Shown: piece by piece, positions 11,870 to 25,200 of the stretch
How positions within the stretch are numbered: the stretch's first letter is position 1
Layout: each line of letters opens with the position of its first letter
NCBI GenBank assembly: GCA_964036045.1
Contig: OZ038378.1
Coordinates: 146,196,001 to 146,260,000, forward strand
Reading direction: 5' to 3'
Length of the DNA: 64,000 bases
Origin: Eutreptiella sp. 'Long Island Sound 2002'
Taxonomy: Eukaryota > Protista > Euglenida
Translations under genes and position numbers: made by a program
Notes under the pieces: model-generated
What the model was told of the DNA's origin: nothing
The model's database searches: none
The model's input: only the letters and a program-made list of their open reading frames with translations

Positions 11870-14299
11870 ATGTTGTAACGGGATGCAGGGTGCAACACTG
11901 GGCTCGCCGGCTAGGATGTGGGGCAAGCATACCAACCAACATACCGAGACTTCTAGGGTAGGTTTGGTGTACGTTTACAACAGGCATCCTTCCTTGTGGC
12001 AACATTCCTACAACATCCATCCTTTTCGATGAATCATAAAGGACGGTTTCGTCCATGTGGAGGTATTTTCGGGGGGAGGGGGCACCCAACCACCCATGAA
12101 AAGCGTCAGCGTCCCCTCCGTGCCCCTAGGATGGATGGGTTACCAAAAACCTTTGTTGCCGTATGTGATGCTTCTCGAAAAGCGAAAAGTGACACGAGGA
12201 GACATTCACAAACCTTCTTTCCATTGAGGATGCGCACCACGCCGTCGCAGCTTGTTCACGCCCCAAAGAGACATGATGAACAAGTTGTTAGAAACGAAGC
12301 CGTGGTTTGAGAGTCAATGTGTTCTGGGAGGGGAGGGCTATGTGTCTACTTTGCTTGTGTGCAACACGCGAGAGAAGCGTGAGGTGAAATGATAGCTCAT
12401 ACTCAGAGCTCAAATTAGAGCTCGGCCTCACCAAGTGCAAGCTTACAATACGAGAATCCTTCTGCCCCCCACCACACGTCACTACACGTACCTGGTGAGG
12501 GCTAACAACACGAACTTTGTGATCGTCAAACAACCGAAAAGCACGACGATGGTCCAAAACTCGACATTGAAAATTGCTTTGGCACAAAAAGATGCTGGGA
12601 CTTCTCCCGTTCTTCGAGAATTTGCGTACCTAACAACAACAAAAAGGATGCAAGCATGCGGGGAAAAAGAAGCCATTTCATTTGCAAGCATCCGACAAAG
12701 TATTTTGAGTGGGGATTCGTACCACATTTTTGCGACGCCATCCAGGAGCACCAATTCAATGCGGTGTTGACAAGGCGGTCGCACTCATGATTGATAGCAG
12801 GCGACGAGGCACACACAATGGAAACATCAATTTGAAGAACACAAGCACGCAACAAGGGACATTATGGAGACAACACAAGGGTGGCGACCTTCTCTTGTTC
12901 ATACTACTTTGCAGCAATCACAAAAGAGGCGAACGCCACCAATGGGACACACCTCACAATTATGGCGGCACAATTTAGAAGTCCCCCGGCGATGAATGAA
13001 AGGGTCATAAACACATCGATTGCACTCACCCGATAACTAGAGTAGTACTCGAGTGGCGGGTCTTCGGGACTACAAGCCGGTGCGGAGAACAACAGTGGTT
13101 AGTCGGCTAAAATCGAAGGTCCACTCCAAAAAGCACGGACATGACTCTCAACGAGGGAGACATGAGCCACATGAGCATCACGCTATTGACAACAACCACG
13201 TTAGCGATTTGGATCTTGAGAAGCTAGTGCCTGCATTAACAAAGCCCCTCATTTCGTCAACGCGCAAGGCCAACCTCGGCAAGGAAACATTGCTCCGATT
13301 CGACACGTTTGAAGCGGTTGACTGTGAAAAGCGTTGTAAACTAGATGTTGAGGGACTTCCAGGTGGATTGCCGAGGAGGTGCCTTTCGGTTTCCGACAAC
13401 CCGGTTGCCGAATTCGGCATCTGCACAAAAGTTGTCGAGGAAGCGTGGCTTTGCTCAAAAGCAATGCTCGGTACTGCGGCCAAAAGCCTGATCCGGTATT
13501 GCATACAAAGTGGTTATCCAAGATCCAAGATGAAAGTGGTATTGTGGGAAAGTGTCCATATTTGGAAGATAAGGGTGCACCTACGTTTCGGCGTTCTTGA
13601 GCGTTAAGCATACACCCCACCAAGAGTTTGGAACAAGTGACTAACCTTGGCTTTTGGCGGTCGCGGGTCGCCCGTCTTTGCGATCAATTTCGGCGATCAC
13701 TCTTGCAATCACTCTTTGGAAGTTGCGAATGAGGAGGTTGTGCAACTCTAGGTGAGTCGAGTTTCCATCATGCTTAGTTTTTTTTTTCAAGATTTTAGAT
13801 ATTTTTCAGATTTTAGATGTTAGTTCATTCCACTGGAAAAGCGGGGCTCAAAAATCAGTTTTCGAACAGACCAAATCTGAAACATGTGCTTCACATGGTG
13901 GTGTTGACGGCATTTACGAAAAAAACGACGATCGATTGTGTATGTATTCGGCGGAAACCAAAATCGGGAGGGCAGATTTGTAGCCCAAGCACTGTTCCAA
14001 GTGGTGTGAATATCTGCTGCAGAGGTACAGGGGTGAGGATTGCAGTTTTCTAGGCAGTGTGTCTGTTGGCACATGGTGTCGGGGAGCCTGGGCCTTAGCA
14101 ACTGAAATGATAACGGTTCTGGCGCTTTTTCGCGACCAACCTTATTCACCCATTTCGCTTTCAGCCAATGTCACATGACGATGTCACATTTCCTCGTCTC
14201 CGCATAATTTGACAAGCCAGGTATATATATTTATGTAGTGGCGTGCAAATTTCCTTTTTGCCACATGACCTGAGACGCACACGCACTGAAATCTAGAAG

Positions 14300-14885
14300 A
14301 TAACAGTGGTAGAAGATAAAAGATATCATCATCGAAGCCTCATTGGAACGAGATTGCTCACACACATCCTCATCAAATACCACGTTTCCCTCACCCCGCA
14401 CCCGTGACCAAGACATTTTCTTATCCATCCAAATATTCGAAATTGAATTTAGCCGAAGGAACACTTGTTTTCGTCCACTTTGTTAAGAAGGTACATGAGA
14501 CCATGGTTGTATTTCGATTGCAGGGCCCATGTAAGTATAGCTTTGATTTCTTCGCCAACTTCCCGTGACCGCAACCATGGATTTCGACGCCATTAGCCAT
14601 ATGAGCGACTCCACCAAGATACGAACGCGTCGACAAAGGGCCCCAATCATCAAGAACAAGAGGTTATCATGCACTTTCGGCAACGTTGCATTGTTGCAAC
14701 GGCTCAACGAGATGGAGCCGGAACGGCGGAATGATTACGTCGACCGAGTGAAGTCCATGTTGCACATGTGCAAGGTGTTGAATCGAGGGATCTTCAACCA
14801 CGTCACACGCTACCGACGCGTGCGCCTCCACGCCAACCGCATGAAGCAAATCTTTAGGTTGTTTGTTGGTGGTTGCATTTGCTAA
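14300..14885 (+). pseudogene. Probable decayed DDE transposase remnant (Harbinger/ISL2EU, DDE_Tnp_4-like)
   Basis: ORF 14565-14885 contains RLNEMEPERRNDYVDRVKSMLHMCKVL, resembling the N..(S)..R..VER.IG.LK.F.IL catalytic-Glu motif. Upstream frames give TFSYPSKY and EGTLVFVH, resembling YS.YK and DG.I.FVS. Motif resemblance only. Confidence 0.4.
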
Positions 14886-15022
14886 AAGGATCCGTTCGAA
14901 TAAGTGGTGTAGTGCATTTTCATGTGGCTTGAAAGTTTCCAAAATTGTCACCAGCACGATAAGTTGTGGTTTCTATTTTTTCCCTTGAAGCGCAGCGCGG
15001 CGGAGGCATTCCGTATCGAATT

Positions 15023-16570
15023 ATGCTAGTTCGGGGGGCAGGGCGAAATGACTTAAGGCAAATCCTTGCCGTGTGCGTATTTGTCTCGTGGAATGTAGCC
15101 CGAAAGGAGGGTTTTGCTCTACCCTTGAGCTTTGCACGCCGGAGCCCGGCGGTTAGCAACCAACTCCCCGGTTGCCGGAGTTGGACATGGTCAATCGAAT
15201 GCCGCGCTACATTCAGGCAAATTTTTCGTCGAAAACTTGGGTCCTCCCCCGAGAAGGATGGCCCAAGCGATCGTAACGCAGGATTTCGTAATCATGATGT
15301 GGCTTGTGTTTGCCGCAGGAGTCAATTGCATTGGCGGGACGTCAACTTATGGCACATGCTGGTGCTTTGGAACGAGGCCGAAGCGGAATTGCGGCGATAC
15401 TCGGGCATTGGTAGCCACGGCGGCGTCCTTGAAGTCGGAAACCTCAACTTGCAAATGAGCCCCACACTGTTGCAACAAATCCACGACACCACCTCATGTC
15501 TTTGTTGGACCCGTTCTCCCCCGGTCCCTAAAATAACTACCGGTGAACCCCAACCCCTGCCGCGCGCGGCGACTGGGTGCGCGGCGCCGAATAGCCCGGA
15601 CTCCCAACACGCATCCCAGCCCTCGCCGCCGCGCAATATTTTCCCTCCACAAGCCTACTCCTACTCGCCACCGTCCTCTGCCAAGTCCGGTGTGTCGCCA
15701 CTCTCCTCCCGGCATTCTAGCCTCATGCCACGGATATATGTCGCCCCCAAAACCGGGCAAACTGGTTCATTGTCCAAGCGAAGGCCCTTTGGCAAAAGTG
15801 CATCCCCAGTGATCGACCACAAGCTCTCTTCGCCTAATGGCCGTCCGCGCCCCGGATGCGCCGCCGCGGCGGGCACGCCGCACGCCGCGTCGCCGCGGCT
15901 TCGAGTCTACATGACCGGATTGTGTAGCCCAAGATCGAGCGCCGCGTCCTCCGCTTCGATGTCTCCCCGCGACCATGTCACCTTACGGTCACCACGCTCG
16001 ACCTGGGTAATTCGTGCAAAGGGCAGCGACAGCGGAGCCTCTCCGCGCTCCCAGTCCCATCGCTGTCTCAGTGAAGGCACTTCGGCGTCGCCGTCGACCT
16101 TGAGTCCGCGATCTCCGCGCGTTTTGGCTGAGAGCCCAGGCCGTTCCCCAACGTGTTCTAGGCTTCCGTGGATGCCGGCCCCGTTCGATCCCGCCGCGGT
16201 GTGTCAATCAATGCGCCGCGGGTCTAGTTCACAACGACGCATGCGGGTCTCTCTATCGAGCTCCCCGACGCGTCGGCTTTCCCGCACTTTGCCGGGGTGC
16301 ACCGACGCAATAATTTGGAGTGACGCGTCCCATGCCATCGGCAAACTCTCAAACAACCGAAAGAGCTCCGGCGGACCCCTCAGCTGCAAGACCATCGCGC
16401 TCGCATGCATCTTTTGTCGCCGAGCAAGCGCCGCAGATCAAATTTTCGGGATTGGGCTTCGGCGGCGGTCAAGCCGTACGCTGTCGTTAATGCCTGACGC
16501 CGGGCAGCCGCCGCAGGGATCGCAGGGATCGCTTGCCGGTGACGGAGGTGACGATACCATCAGCATTTGG
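15023..16570 (+). CDS. Orphan Ser/Pro/Arg-rich protein, predicted exon 1
   Basis: Part of the 552-codon ORF 14966-16624. Pyrimidine-rich acceptor TTTCTATTTTTTCCCTTGAAG ends at 14990; first ATG at 15023. Donor TGG|GTATGT at 16570/16571 is phase 0, matching the next exon. Confidence 0.5.
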
Positions 16571-16942
16571 GTATGTGCGCCCCTTGTTCAAGAAGGTCCA
16601 AAGCAATTGTTGCAATTGCGCTGAAACGAACGCTGAACGCAGCAGGGTAGGATGGGCGTGGGGGTGGGGGCGCTGAGCCTCGGACAAAGAATGGCATGAT
16701 CGTGAAGAGTCAAGCAGCGTAAATCACTGTCGTCCGTTTCCCGTTCTCTCCTTCCCCAAGCCCTGTTGGTGTCCGTGCCAATCTCAGTATTGGAGGGCCA
16801 AGGTTTGCACGTATGGAAGGCCGTACCCGTGGTCGCAAATGTTGCACCCTCCTTGGGGTGGCCTGGCAAGTTTCTAGTTGGGTCTTCTCTAGGCTGGGCA
16901 GATCTGGGGCATTTGCCCCAACAGTCGCAGACCCGCACAACG

Positions 16943-17229
16943 CAACCATTGCTGCTCAAAGCAGCTATCTATCTCTAGGCCATACAGGCGGCCTTAGCAG
17001 CTGGGCTTGGCTGTTGTGAGCAGCTGCTTGTTGCTGTTTCGGCAGCTGTTTGATGCTGCTCTGTGCAGCACGGCTTGGTTGCTCTGTGGAATGGCTTGTT
17101 GCTGCTGATGCTCCTACTGCTCCAAGCTGTCCATCTGGCCGGAGAAGGGGCTAACTTCAGCTGCCCAGAGCAGTAACAGTTGAGTGCGAACATCAGCTGC
17201 ATGCAGCAGCGACATCCATCTGCTCAAAG
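16943..17229 (+). repeat. CAG/CTG-rich dispersed repeat, copy 1 (copy 2 at 21891-22217)
   Basis: About 285 bp, near-identical to 21891-22217, which carries a ~40-bp extra segment. Confidence 0.9.
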
Positions 17230-17865
17230 CCGTGCGCGCGCTTGTGCTGCGCTGAAGCTGCGGCGCGTGACGTTGGGGGGTCTGGGTCCTGTGGTCCTCT
17301 GCCGGGCAATTTGGTGTGAAAGTCCGCATGTGCGGTGCTCTCCGTCTCGTGGAAATGATCTGGTGGCATCTCCGGTGGATAGCGTCAACCGATTGCCCAG
17401 TCGCTTCCGATGAGGCGGGCGAGCGCTGGATTGCCGGAACTTTGTGCCGCTGTGAGTGTCCCGCGCCCCACGTGCATGCCCCTGCCTTGCCCTGCACGGC
17501 GGGGCCGACAGACGTCATGGAAACCCTCTTGCCCGTGCACTGGCGTGGGCATTTTGTGTGCGCATTTTCCGTGTCCAAACCTCCGTGCCGCTGCCCCGGC
17601 GACGGAGGGGCGCGTGGGCCTCTGGGACCGAAACAATGAAGGTGGCAGCCGCAGCCCCGTTGGCGCGAGGGAATGCACAGGCGCTTTGCAGCGGCATCCC
17701 ACCGCGCGAAAGGGGCACCCGATGCCGCGGTGTGTACCTTGTGCCCCGTGGAGGCCCCCCGAAGGGGTGGTGGGCGTATTGGTAAGGGGACGCTGGAGGC
17801 TGGACATTGCCCGGCACGCCACCTCTGCCTCTGCTCCGATCCACTGCCATACCCGCCGTCTGCAG

Positions 17866-18179
17866 GGTCTGTTTCGAGGAAGAAACGTGTCGGAGCGCGT
17901 CAAGTGGCTGGTGGTGCAGCAGCTGTATCAACTCCGCAAGGTCTGCCTGCTGCACGGCTCCATGACGCCGCCGGGCTCGGGGCTGATCTACCAGCCCAAG
18001 TCCGACTCCTGGAGCGACGTGTGGAGCAACTTCTTCCTCGTGTCGGGGTCCAGCAAACCGTTCTGGCTGGAGCTGCTCGACCTAGACCCCTCGTCGCCCC
18101 GGCTGCAGGCCGCTGAGCGGGACCTCAACCGCGTCAAGCAGCAGCTGGGCCACGCGTTGCCGAGCGCGCACCGGAAAAG
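17866..18179 (+). CDS. Orphan protein, predicted exon 2 (GLFRGRNVSERVKWLVVQQLYQLRKV...SAHRK)
   Basis: Strong G/C third-position bias and globular-looking translation. Acceptor CTGCAG|G, donor AAG|GTCTGC (phase 2). Confidence 0.75.
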
Positions 18180-20387
18180 GTCTGCGGGGGCAGGCGGCGG
18201 GAGGCCAGAAGAGAGAGCCCCCCAACAAGGCCCGGCGCCGGTGCAATCAAGTTGGTCTGCGCGTGCCCAGTGTATCATCCCAGAGTCCGTCTGTGTCAAG
18301 GCACTAGACTGACGCGCTCGGCGGTGCTGTTGCGTGTTTTGGGCAAGTGTGCTGCCCAAGTGCTCTGCAGGAACTCGTTTCTGTCGGGGCGGGGGGCTCT
18401 GGGGGGCTGCCGCAAGGGGATGCTCCTTCGAACTTCATTTTTTTAGCGGGCCAAGTTTTGGAACGAGATCTGGTTTGTGGGTGCGGGCTCCGCTGCCCCT
18501 TTGTAAACGGGGACTACTGGTGCTCTGCGAGTCTCATCCGGGCGTTGGTTGTGCGCATTTTCCAGCGCTTGCTTTGGGCCCCGTTTGTTTCGTCGTGCCG
18601 TTGGCGTTGTTGGGTCGTGCTGTTGGTTGTCAGATAGGCTTTTGGAGCCCCCCCCCCCCCCCTCCGCGCGCAGTAATTTCGGTCATAGCGCGACCCGTCG
18701 ATCATGTTCACGGACTGTGTGCCTGGGGGTTCAACGCGTGGTGGGTCGCTGTTCGAGTGTGTCGTCTCCGTTGGATCTGCATGAGTCGACGGGGGAGGAG
18801 GGGCAGAGTATCTGCGGTGGTCTTTTCTGCGATTGTGGGTCCCACGGTCGCGCACGTTTGACTGGCATTCGGTCCTGCGTCCCGCTTCCCCGACCACCCC
18901 CGGAAAGGCCCCCCATGCCCCAAACACACGCCCCGGGCAGTGGGATGACGTCTCCCTCTGACCTGCAGACCTGTGTTTTCCCTCCCCCCCACGACCTCGG
19001 CAACCGAAGCCGGTCGGACCGGTCGCACGGGCCCCACATCCCGGGGCCCACAGGAGACCCCCCCGCCCGCTCTGCCGTAGGGGAGGCCCCCCGGCCGGCG
19101 GTATGGGGGTGTCCGCTTGGACGCCCCCGGCCAATGGCGAGGGCCGTTGCCCTCCTCCTCGCGGACCCGACACGGGGCAGTGAAGCGGGGACAGCCCGGG
19201 GGCTGCGTTGGCACAACCTCCCGAGGGAAGGGAAGGGGTTGAGCAGGGGGGTGAGGGTAGGCCAGGCAGAGGGAGAGGGAGCGCACAAGGGGATGAGAGG
19301 CCGATGGGCCCTGCCGCCTGCGGGGGGAAAAGGTTCAAGTGACCAGAGGCCAATACGCGCCGCCAGCCGCAGACAGCAGTCCACTGCAGGTGTCATGCCA
19401 ACCCTCCTACTCCCCCTCATGTCTGCAGGGTGGGTGTCAGAAGACACGTAGCTGCCCGTCCCCGCCGATGGGGGTGGCGGTGGGGCCGTTTGGTGTCAAG
19501 TTGGGGGTTTGGGCCGTTGTTGCGAGCCTTTGGTTTCTGACGGCTGCGAGGGGCTTCGGTGCTCAGCGGACAGCATTTGGCGAGGCCGAGGTCCGCTGTT
19601 GAGAGCAGGTCCCGCAGGGGCAGAAGGGAAGCAAATTCCATGGAGTTAGCACTGCTGTTGCACAGCATCGCTGGCTGCAGCGGCATGTGTCAGCAACGGC
19701 GCATCATTGGATTGTGTGCGCCCCCCCCGCCCCTCCCCCCAGGGGTGCATTAGAAGGGAAGGGACCGCAGAGGCGGCCTCAGAAGCGGTTAGGCAGGCGG
19801 TTGGAGGAGGATTGCCAAAGCGGTCCGGGGCGGTTACTGTCGGTTACAACTGCCATTGAAGCTGGCACTTGCCGTCAGGGAGGCAGTGGCTGGGCATAGG
19901 CTGGGCGCCCTGGAGGGGGGGGGGGGGGCTCCCCCTTCCAATGCATCCCCCCCCCCCCCCCGCATTCTCTGCAGAAGCTCAGCATTCCACCCTCAGACGG
20001 GTGTAAGCCATCGAAGTGCCCAGGTCTGCTGCGGGGGCATATGTAGGGCGGCATCGAGAGATTGAAGGGTCCGCGTTTGATATGCGGAGGCGTCAAACCC
20101 CCAACAGCAGCCGAACCGCAACTCTCAAATGCCTCCAACATCCCGAACAAACCGTTGGCAACCCCCCAACAGCCAACCACAGCCCTCACGGACATCCAAC
20201 AACCTTCAGAGGCCCTCCACCGGCCCATCCTCACCAACCTTCCCGCCGGCAGCCCTTCCACAGCCCCTTTACCCCCCGGTCCCGTGGGTTAGTGCGGCTT
20301 TCCAGAGATACCACCAACGCCAGTGCGTCAGAGGGTGCCCAATGTACCGGTTCTGCTCCGTCCACTGTACGCCCGCGTTGGCCACAG

Positions 20388-20871
20388 GCATTCTACCCCA
20401 CGCTGCTCCCCTGGCCTCCGTCTGGATCGGGAGGATTCGTCGACATCGGCTGCGATCCCTCGCAGGCAATCGACCCCAGGACTTCCCTCTGGGCCCCGTT
20501 CGGATCGGGTGGATTCCCCAACGCCGGCTGCAACGCTCCGGCAGCCCTCGACGCCGGGGCCCGGTCGGTCGCCGCGGCCCCGGGCCATTTCTTGGAAGGG
20601 CATCACGATGCCCGTCCCCCGGCCGGGGGTGGTGCTCCCTCAGATCGACACGCGCCGCCGCTCCATGTCCTGCCCCGCCCCGAACCAGTTCGCCGATTAC
20701 GCGAAGGCGATGGAGTGGGGCCGCATGCGCCGCTATTTCTCCGTCCCTTTTGCTAAGGTGGACGAAAAGGCCGCGCGGCGCCGGGTGCACCCGCTGAAGT
20801 TCAAAGTCCGCTTGCCGTCGCCGTCCCAGTCGCCGCCGTCACCTGTATCGTCACCAGAGCGTCGGCAGCAG
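20388..20871 (+). CDS. Orphan protein, predicted exon 3 (HSTPRCSPG...FADYAKAMEWGRMRRYF...ERRQQ)
   Basis: Acceptor CCACAG|G is phase 2 and matches exon 2; donor CAG|GTGTGT is phase 0. GC3-rich open frame. Confidence 0.7.
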
Positions 20872-21487
20872 GTGTGTCTTGGGGGTGGTCGGGCGGTGGC
20901 CCAAAAGTCGTTGAAACGTAGCCAGGGGGCAGTTTGAGGTGCATGCGAGGGTTGCGGGGGGTGGATTACCTGGTTGAGGCGAACCGGGTCCGTGACTGGA
21001 ACGGAACTGGGGGTATCGGAAGGGTGCGAGACCGGGGCTGCCACCACCATTGGTTGGCACAGTAGAAATGGGTTGGGACCCCCCTGGGATGGGGCGGAAG
21101 GGAATTTGGGCCGAGCCATGGGTGCCAGAGGATGTTGTGGGGGCTGGGGGGACTAGCCTTCGTCAGGGTCACCGTTGCAACAGTGGCTTCGTGATTTTTA
21201 TCGCTCTGAAATCACAGAAATGTCGCAAAACAAGGAGGCTCCGTTCCAAGACCCGCGGAACGTGGGTTTTGGTGATGGCGTTTGCGATGAATTGCGCGCC
21301 TGGGGTTGTGTCCTCTGCTGTGGATTGTGTGAGTTGATTTGCTCCCACCCCGAGCAAAGGGTCTAAGGCTGTGAGCGATGGGTTTATTGCTGTGAGCAAA
21401 GGGTCTGTTGCTCTGAGGCCGGCAGCAGGCGATGCGCGATCGGCGGGTGCCAGGTCATCCCACTGCCATGGGCGCTGCACATGACAG

Positions 21488-21763
21488 GCACTGGGTAGGA
21501 GGCCATCCTGGAAATCAGGGAAAAACGTGCACTTCGAACTGCCGAACCCACCCACATCACCCCAACCCGCGCCCACATCCTCAATCCCCGTCGCCCGCCA
21601 CATGCCACAGACCCGCAAGAGGCATAGCATCGGTGCGCCCGTTGTGACCAGCACACGACGTAGTCCAGTACCTGCTCGGAAGCGCCTGAGCCTCGGCCAC
21701 GTTTTGCCCAGCCCAAGTGACCTGGCGAATCGGCGGACCAAAGTCGCTGGCGCCCTGGCTCAG
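21488..21763 (+). CDS. Orphan protein, predicted exon 4 (ALGRRPSWKSGKNVHFELP...GALAQ); 3' end of gene not found
   Basis: Acceptor GACAG|G (phase 0), donor CAG|GTATGG (phase 0). Same Ser/Pro/Arg composition as exons 1 and 3. Confidence 0.6.
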
Positions 21764-21890
21764 GTATGGCTGTGTGTCTGCGTCGCTGTGACGTCTGTGG
21801 TTCCGCCGTTTGCTGGTGTTCTTTGAAATCCGTTGCCAAGGGCAGGGCCCTCCGCACACGGTGGGTGTGGACAGTGGACACTGAGGGGCT

Positions 21891-22217
21891 CAACCATTGC
21901 TGCTCAAAGCAGCAATCTGTCTCTGGGCCATACAGCCGGCCTTAGCTAGCATTGGTGCTTTGTGCAGCTGTGGGCTGCACCTTGCAGCTGGGCTTGGCTG
22001 TTGTGAGCAGCTGCTTGTTGCTGTTTCGGCAGCTGTTTGATGCTGCTCTGTGCAGCACGGCTTGGTTGCTCTGTGGAATGGCTTGTTGCTGCTGATGCTC
22101 CTACTGCTCCAAGCTGTCCATCTGACTGGAGAAGGGGCTAACTTCAGGTGCCCAGAGCAGTAACAGTTGAGTGCGAACATCAGCTGCATGCAGCAGCGAC
22201 ATCCATCTGCTGAAAGC
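21891..22217 (+). repeat. CAG/CTG-rich dispersed repeat, copy 2
   Basis: Direct repeat of 16943-17229. Confidence 0.9.
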
Positions 22218-25200
22218 GGCAACATGAAACTGCACGAAGCAGCAACCCGCCGCTGCACAGAGCAACAAAACCTGGCAGCAACCCCCCAAGAACCCCAGGA
22301 ATCCTGCCATGTCAGAGGCCGCCACAGGGTCGGTTGGTCGTGGCTTGCAAAGCGGGGCACCTCCCACACAAGGCGCGCAGCGGGACCGTGGCCTCTGATC
22401 GGCAAAGAGGTCACGTGGAAAGATCTTAGGATATTAGGTTCAGGCTTGTGTTTGTTTGTGCTTTGTGGGTTGACACTTTTTTGATTTCTTTTGGTTTCTT
22501 CTTTTTTGTTGGATGGTGTGCTTGGACGTGGGGCATGCACTGTAGCCAGGGAGCTGACAAACCTCAAAATAAAAGCAAGGTAGACACAGAAGAGCGGTTT
22601 GACTATAACGGCCCAAAGGGTGGCTGAATTTCTTTTAGATAATAAAAGTACCCAGGACATGCCTGGTTCGCGCAGTGCATCACCTGCTAGCCTGTGGTTT
22701 GGAGAAAGAAAGAACACACACAATGAACAACCGTGAGGTCAAGGCCAAAGAGAAGTGGTGAAAATGAAGAACAAGGTGTCCAAACCGGTATTGCGCATGC
22801 ATCATCAAGGCAGCGCAGAAGCCTTTTTGAATGTGGGTTGAGCAAAGCAGCAAGAAAAAGGAGAAAATGGTAAGCTACTGGCACATCACTGCTGCCATCC
22901 AAAAGTCTTCACCACCATGAGCAGCTAGATTTTCCTGCACAAAGCCGCAACATACCACTGCACAAGGGATCCACGCACAGCTGCACCAGAGCAGCCAAAT
23001 GGCACAGCGGAACACAGCTCTGCACAGCGGCTAAATTTATCTGTGCACAACAGCTACATTTGGCTGCACAGGTGGAAGCATGGTGCTGCATGAAGCAGCA
23101 CTGCACAGCTGCACTGAGCAGCTGAAATCATGCGCGTAGCAGCAACACTCAGCGGCAAAACACATTGGCACAAAGCAGTGACACAAGGCTGCATTGCGTT
23201 CTTGCGGACCATATGCAGACACCCATATTGTGGTTGGGAGAAGGGGTTTGTGCCTGCCCCCTGGTAACAGTAGCAAAAATCAGCCACTGCACCCAATAGA
23301 CTGTGGACCCTGAAAAGAATCGCCCCCCCCCCGCCTCCTCCCTCTGCCATACTGTCCGGGTGGGCTCTAATGCCTTTTTTAGTGTTGTCCATCATGTACC
23401 CACAAAACCACAAAAGTAGTGATGTACACAGTGGCGTATGCAAAGTTGGTCATGCCACATATATTCTTTTGGCTACCCGACACACTCAGAGGACCAGTCT
23501 GAATATAGCACAAACCGGTCACTTTGTGGGTGCACAGTGGGAAAGGGCTGTGTCGGAGGTTTTTGAAGATGGCGGAGATGATGGTTTTGGTGTTTTTGGA
23601 TTAAGAGAAATGTAGGAAGACCAATTTTGAAGACCGGAGAGATTGGTCTTGGTAGTCTGATGGTTTTGTACCACTTGGCACCATTTTAGAGCACTTTATG
23701 ACACTTCCCTACCCTCCTCCCCTTTGCCCGCGCACACGTGCATGCGTGCAACCACACATCACACACAAAGAGCACATACAAACACCTAGTCCGTATTTTA
23801 GTTCCCATGAAGGGCTGTAAAGCATTGTTGCACCTTAAATGAAAGAAATGCACCGTTTTGTCTTACTGGTTACTTGAACCCTAGTTTTGGCCCTTTTTCA
23901 CCAGTTGGTTGTTCCATAACAGGTTTTTTTTTTTACACTTCTTGTGCATTGAGGATGTGGCACATTTGAATTGCCACCTATTTTGACCCATTTTCAGCCA
24001 TTTTAGCCCATCTTCACACGGCTTTGCTGCATGTTCTTTGTGAGAGGTGGATGGTGGATTATGATGATGGGGAACCACTAGACGTGGTGTACATTCACAA
24101 TGCAAAAAATCGGCAAGTGGGTTGTTACACATTCCAAAGCGGATTCTAACCTTCATGGCCATTGCTTTGCTATCTCTAGGAAACAATGTCTTTTGTGGGT
24201 TCTCTTTATGAGCCAGCACTTGAACCCTCCATCTGCACTCTCGGATGATCGCAAATCAGTAGCATGGCTTATCAGTTCCGAGGGAGCGTTATTGCGAATT
24301 GAACAGACCCGTCCACTTTAGACCATTTTAGCATTCGCTGTGCCAATACTGGTCTTGCCAGTCTTTGCCAATCTGCTAAGTGAAATGGACCGTAAAGTGT
24401 GCTAAAGTGGACCGTTCCGTTAAGCTTGCAAAGACCAGTCTGCCCGGTCTACCCGATCTGACTGAGCTGACCGTTTAGATGCAAAACACTAACATGACAC
24501 AAAGTGGTTTCCTTTGCCTGATTTTTTACATCTGAAGCGGCCCTAACACAAGGACTAGAAACTGGTCGTGATACTGCTCGCACGTGGGAGCAAAAGGAAT
24601 ATGCACAGGAGTACACATGTCCCTGCACACACACTCGTACGCGCGGCACACACACACACACACACACACAGTTTGCTGCGGGGAGTGTTGAGTCATCGAT
24701 TCTACTGAAGTGAAGCACCAGAGCCACAATCGGCTGCTAGGCCCAAGCAGAGACAACCAGCAGTAGTGGCGTCCTTAATCAGTGGTCTGGGTGTCCAAGG
24801 TTGTTGCGGGTTGTGAAGCCCTTGTGCCTTGTCTAGCCAAGCAGGCTTGACTGTCAGTCCCCACCTCGCCCATGGGGCCGCTGGTAGCCATGGATGAAAG
24901 GGCAAGTTGCAGACACAAGCGTGCATGTGCGTCCTTTGGTGCTCTGGATGGGACCATGTGGCAGGAGCTACTGGCGGCACTTTGTGCATATTTTGATAGC
25001 AAGCCCCGACAAGGGTGGCCATTGCAGGGCCACAATATGGAACAAATGGTTGTTTGTAGTCTAAGGACTATAGACATGTGGAACCTTGCACTTTGCAAAT
25101 GATTGGATGATGGCCGTGGCCCCCCCCCAGCCCCCACCCCTCCGTATACACTGCAAAACTCAATGAGCAGTTGCCCATCTGATGGCGCCATGATGAGTGG

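Noticed and set aside
11870-12100. snRNA or 7SL gene head-to-head with the tRNAs, as in trypanosomatids
   Set aside because: No U6 ACAGAG box, Sm site or SRP motif was recognisable; only a small GGACG-GTTT-CGTCC hairpin.
12435-13607. ORFs 12435-12770, 12709-12978 and 13053-13607 as genes
   Set aside because: No ATG-led coherent model, no recognisable motifs and no splice support; possibly decayed mobile DNA, but unsupported.
14960-14990. Resemblance of TTTCTATTTTTTCCC to a euglenid spliced-leader sequence
   Set aside because: The match is short and low-complexity and is better explained as a polypyrimidine tract before an AG acceptor.
18334-19451. Overlapping 175-300 aa ORFs on both strands
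   Set aside because: GC-rich intronic sequence of the orphan gene with G/C runs, no codon bias and no recognisable motifs.
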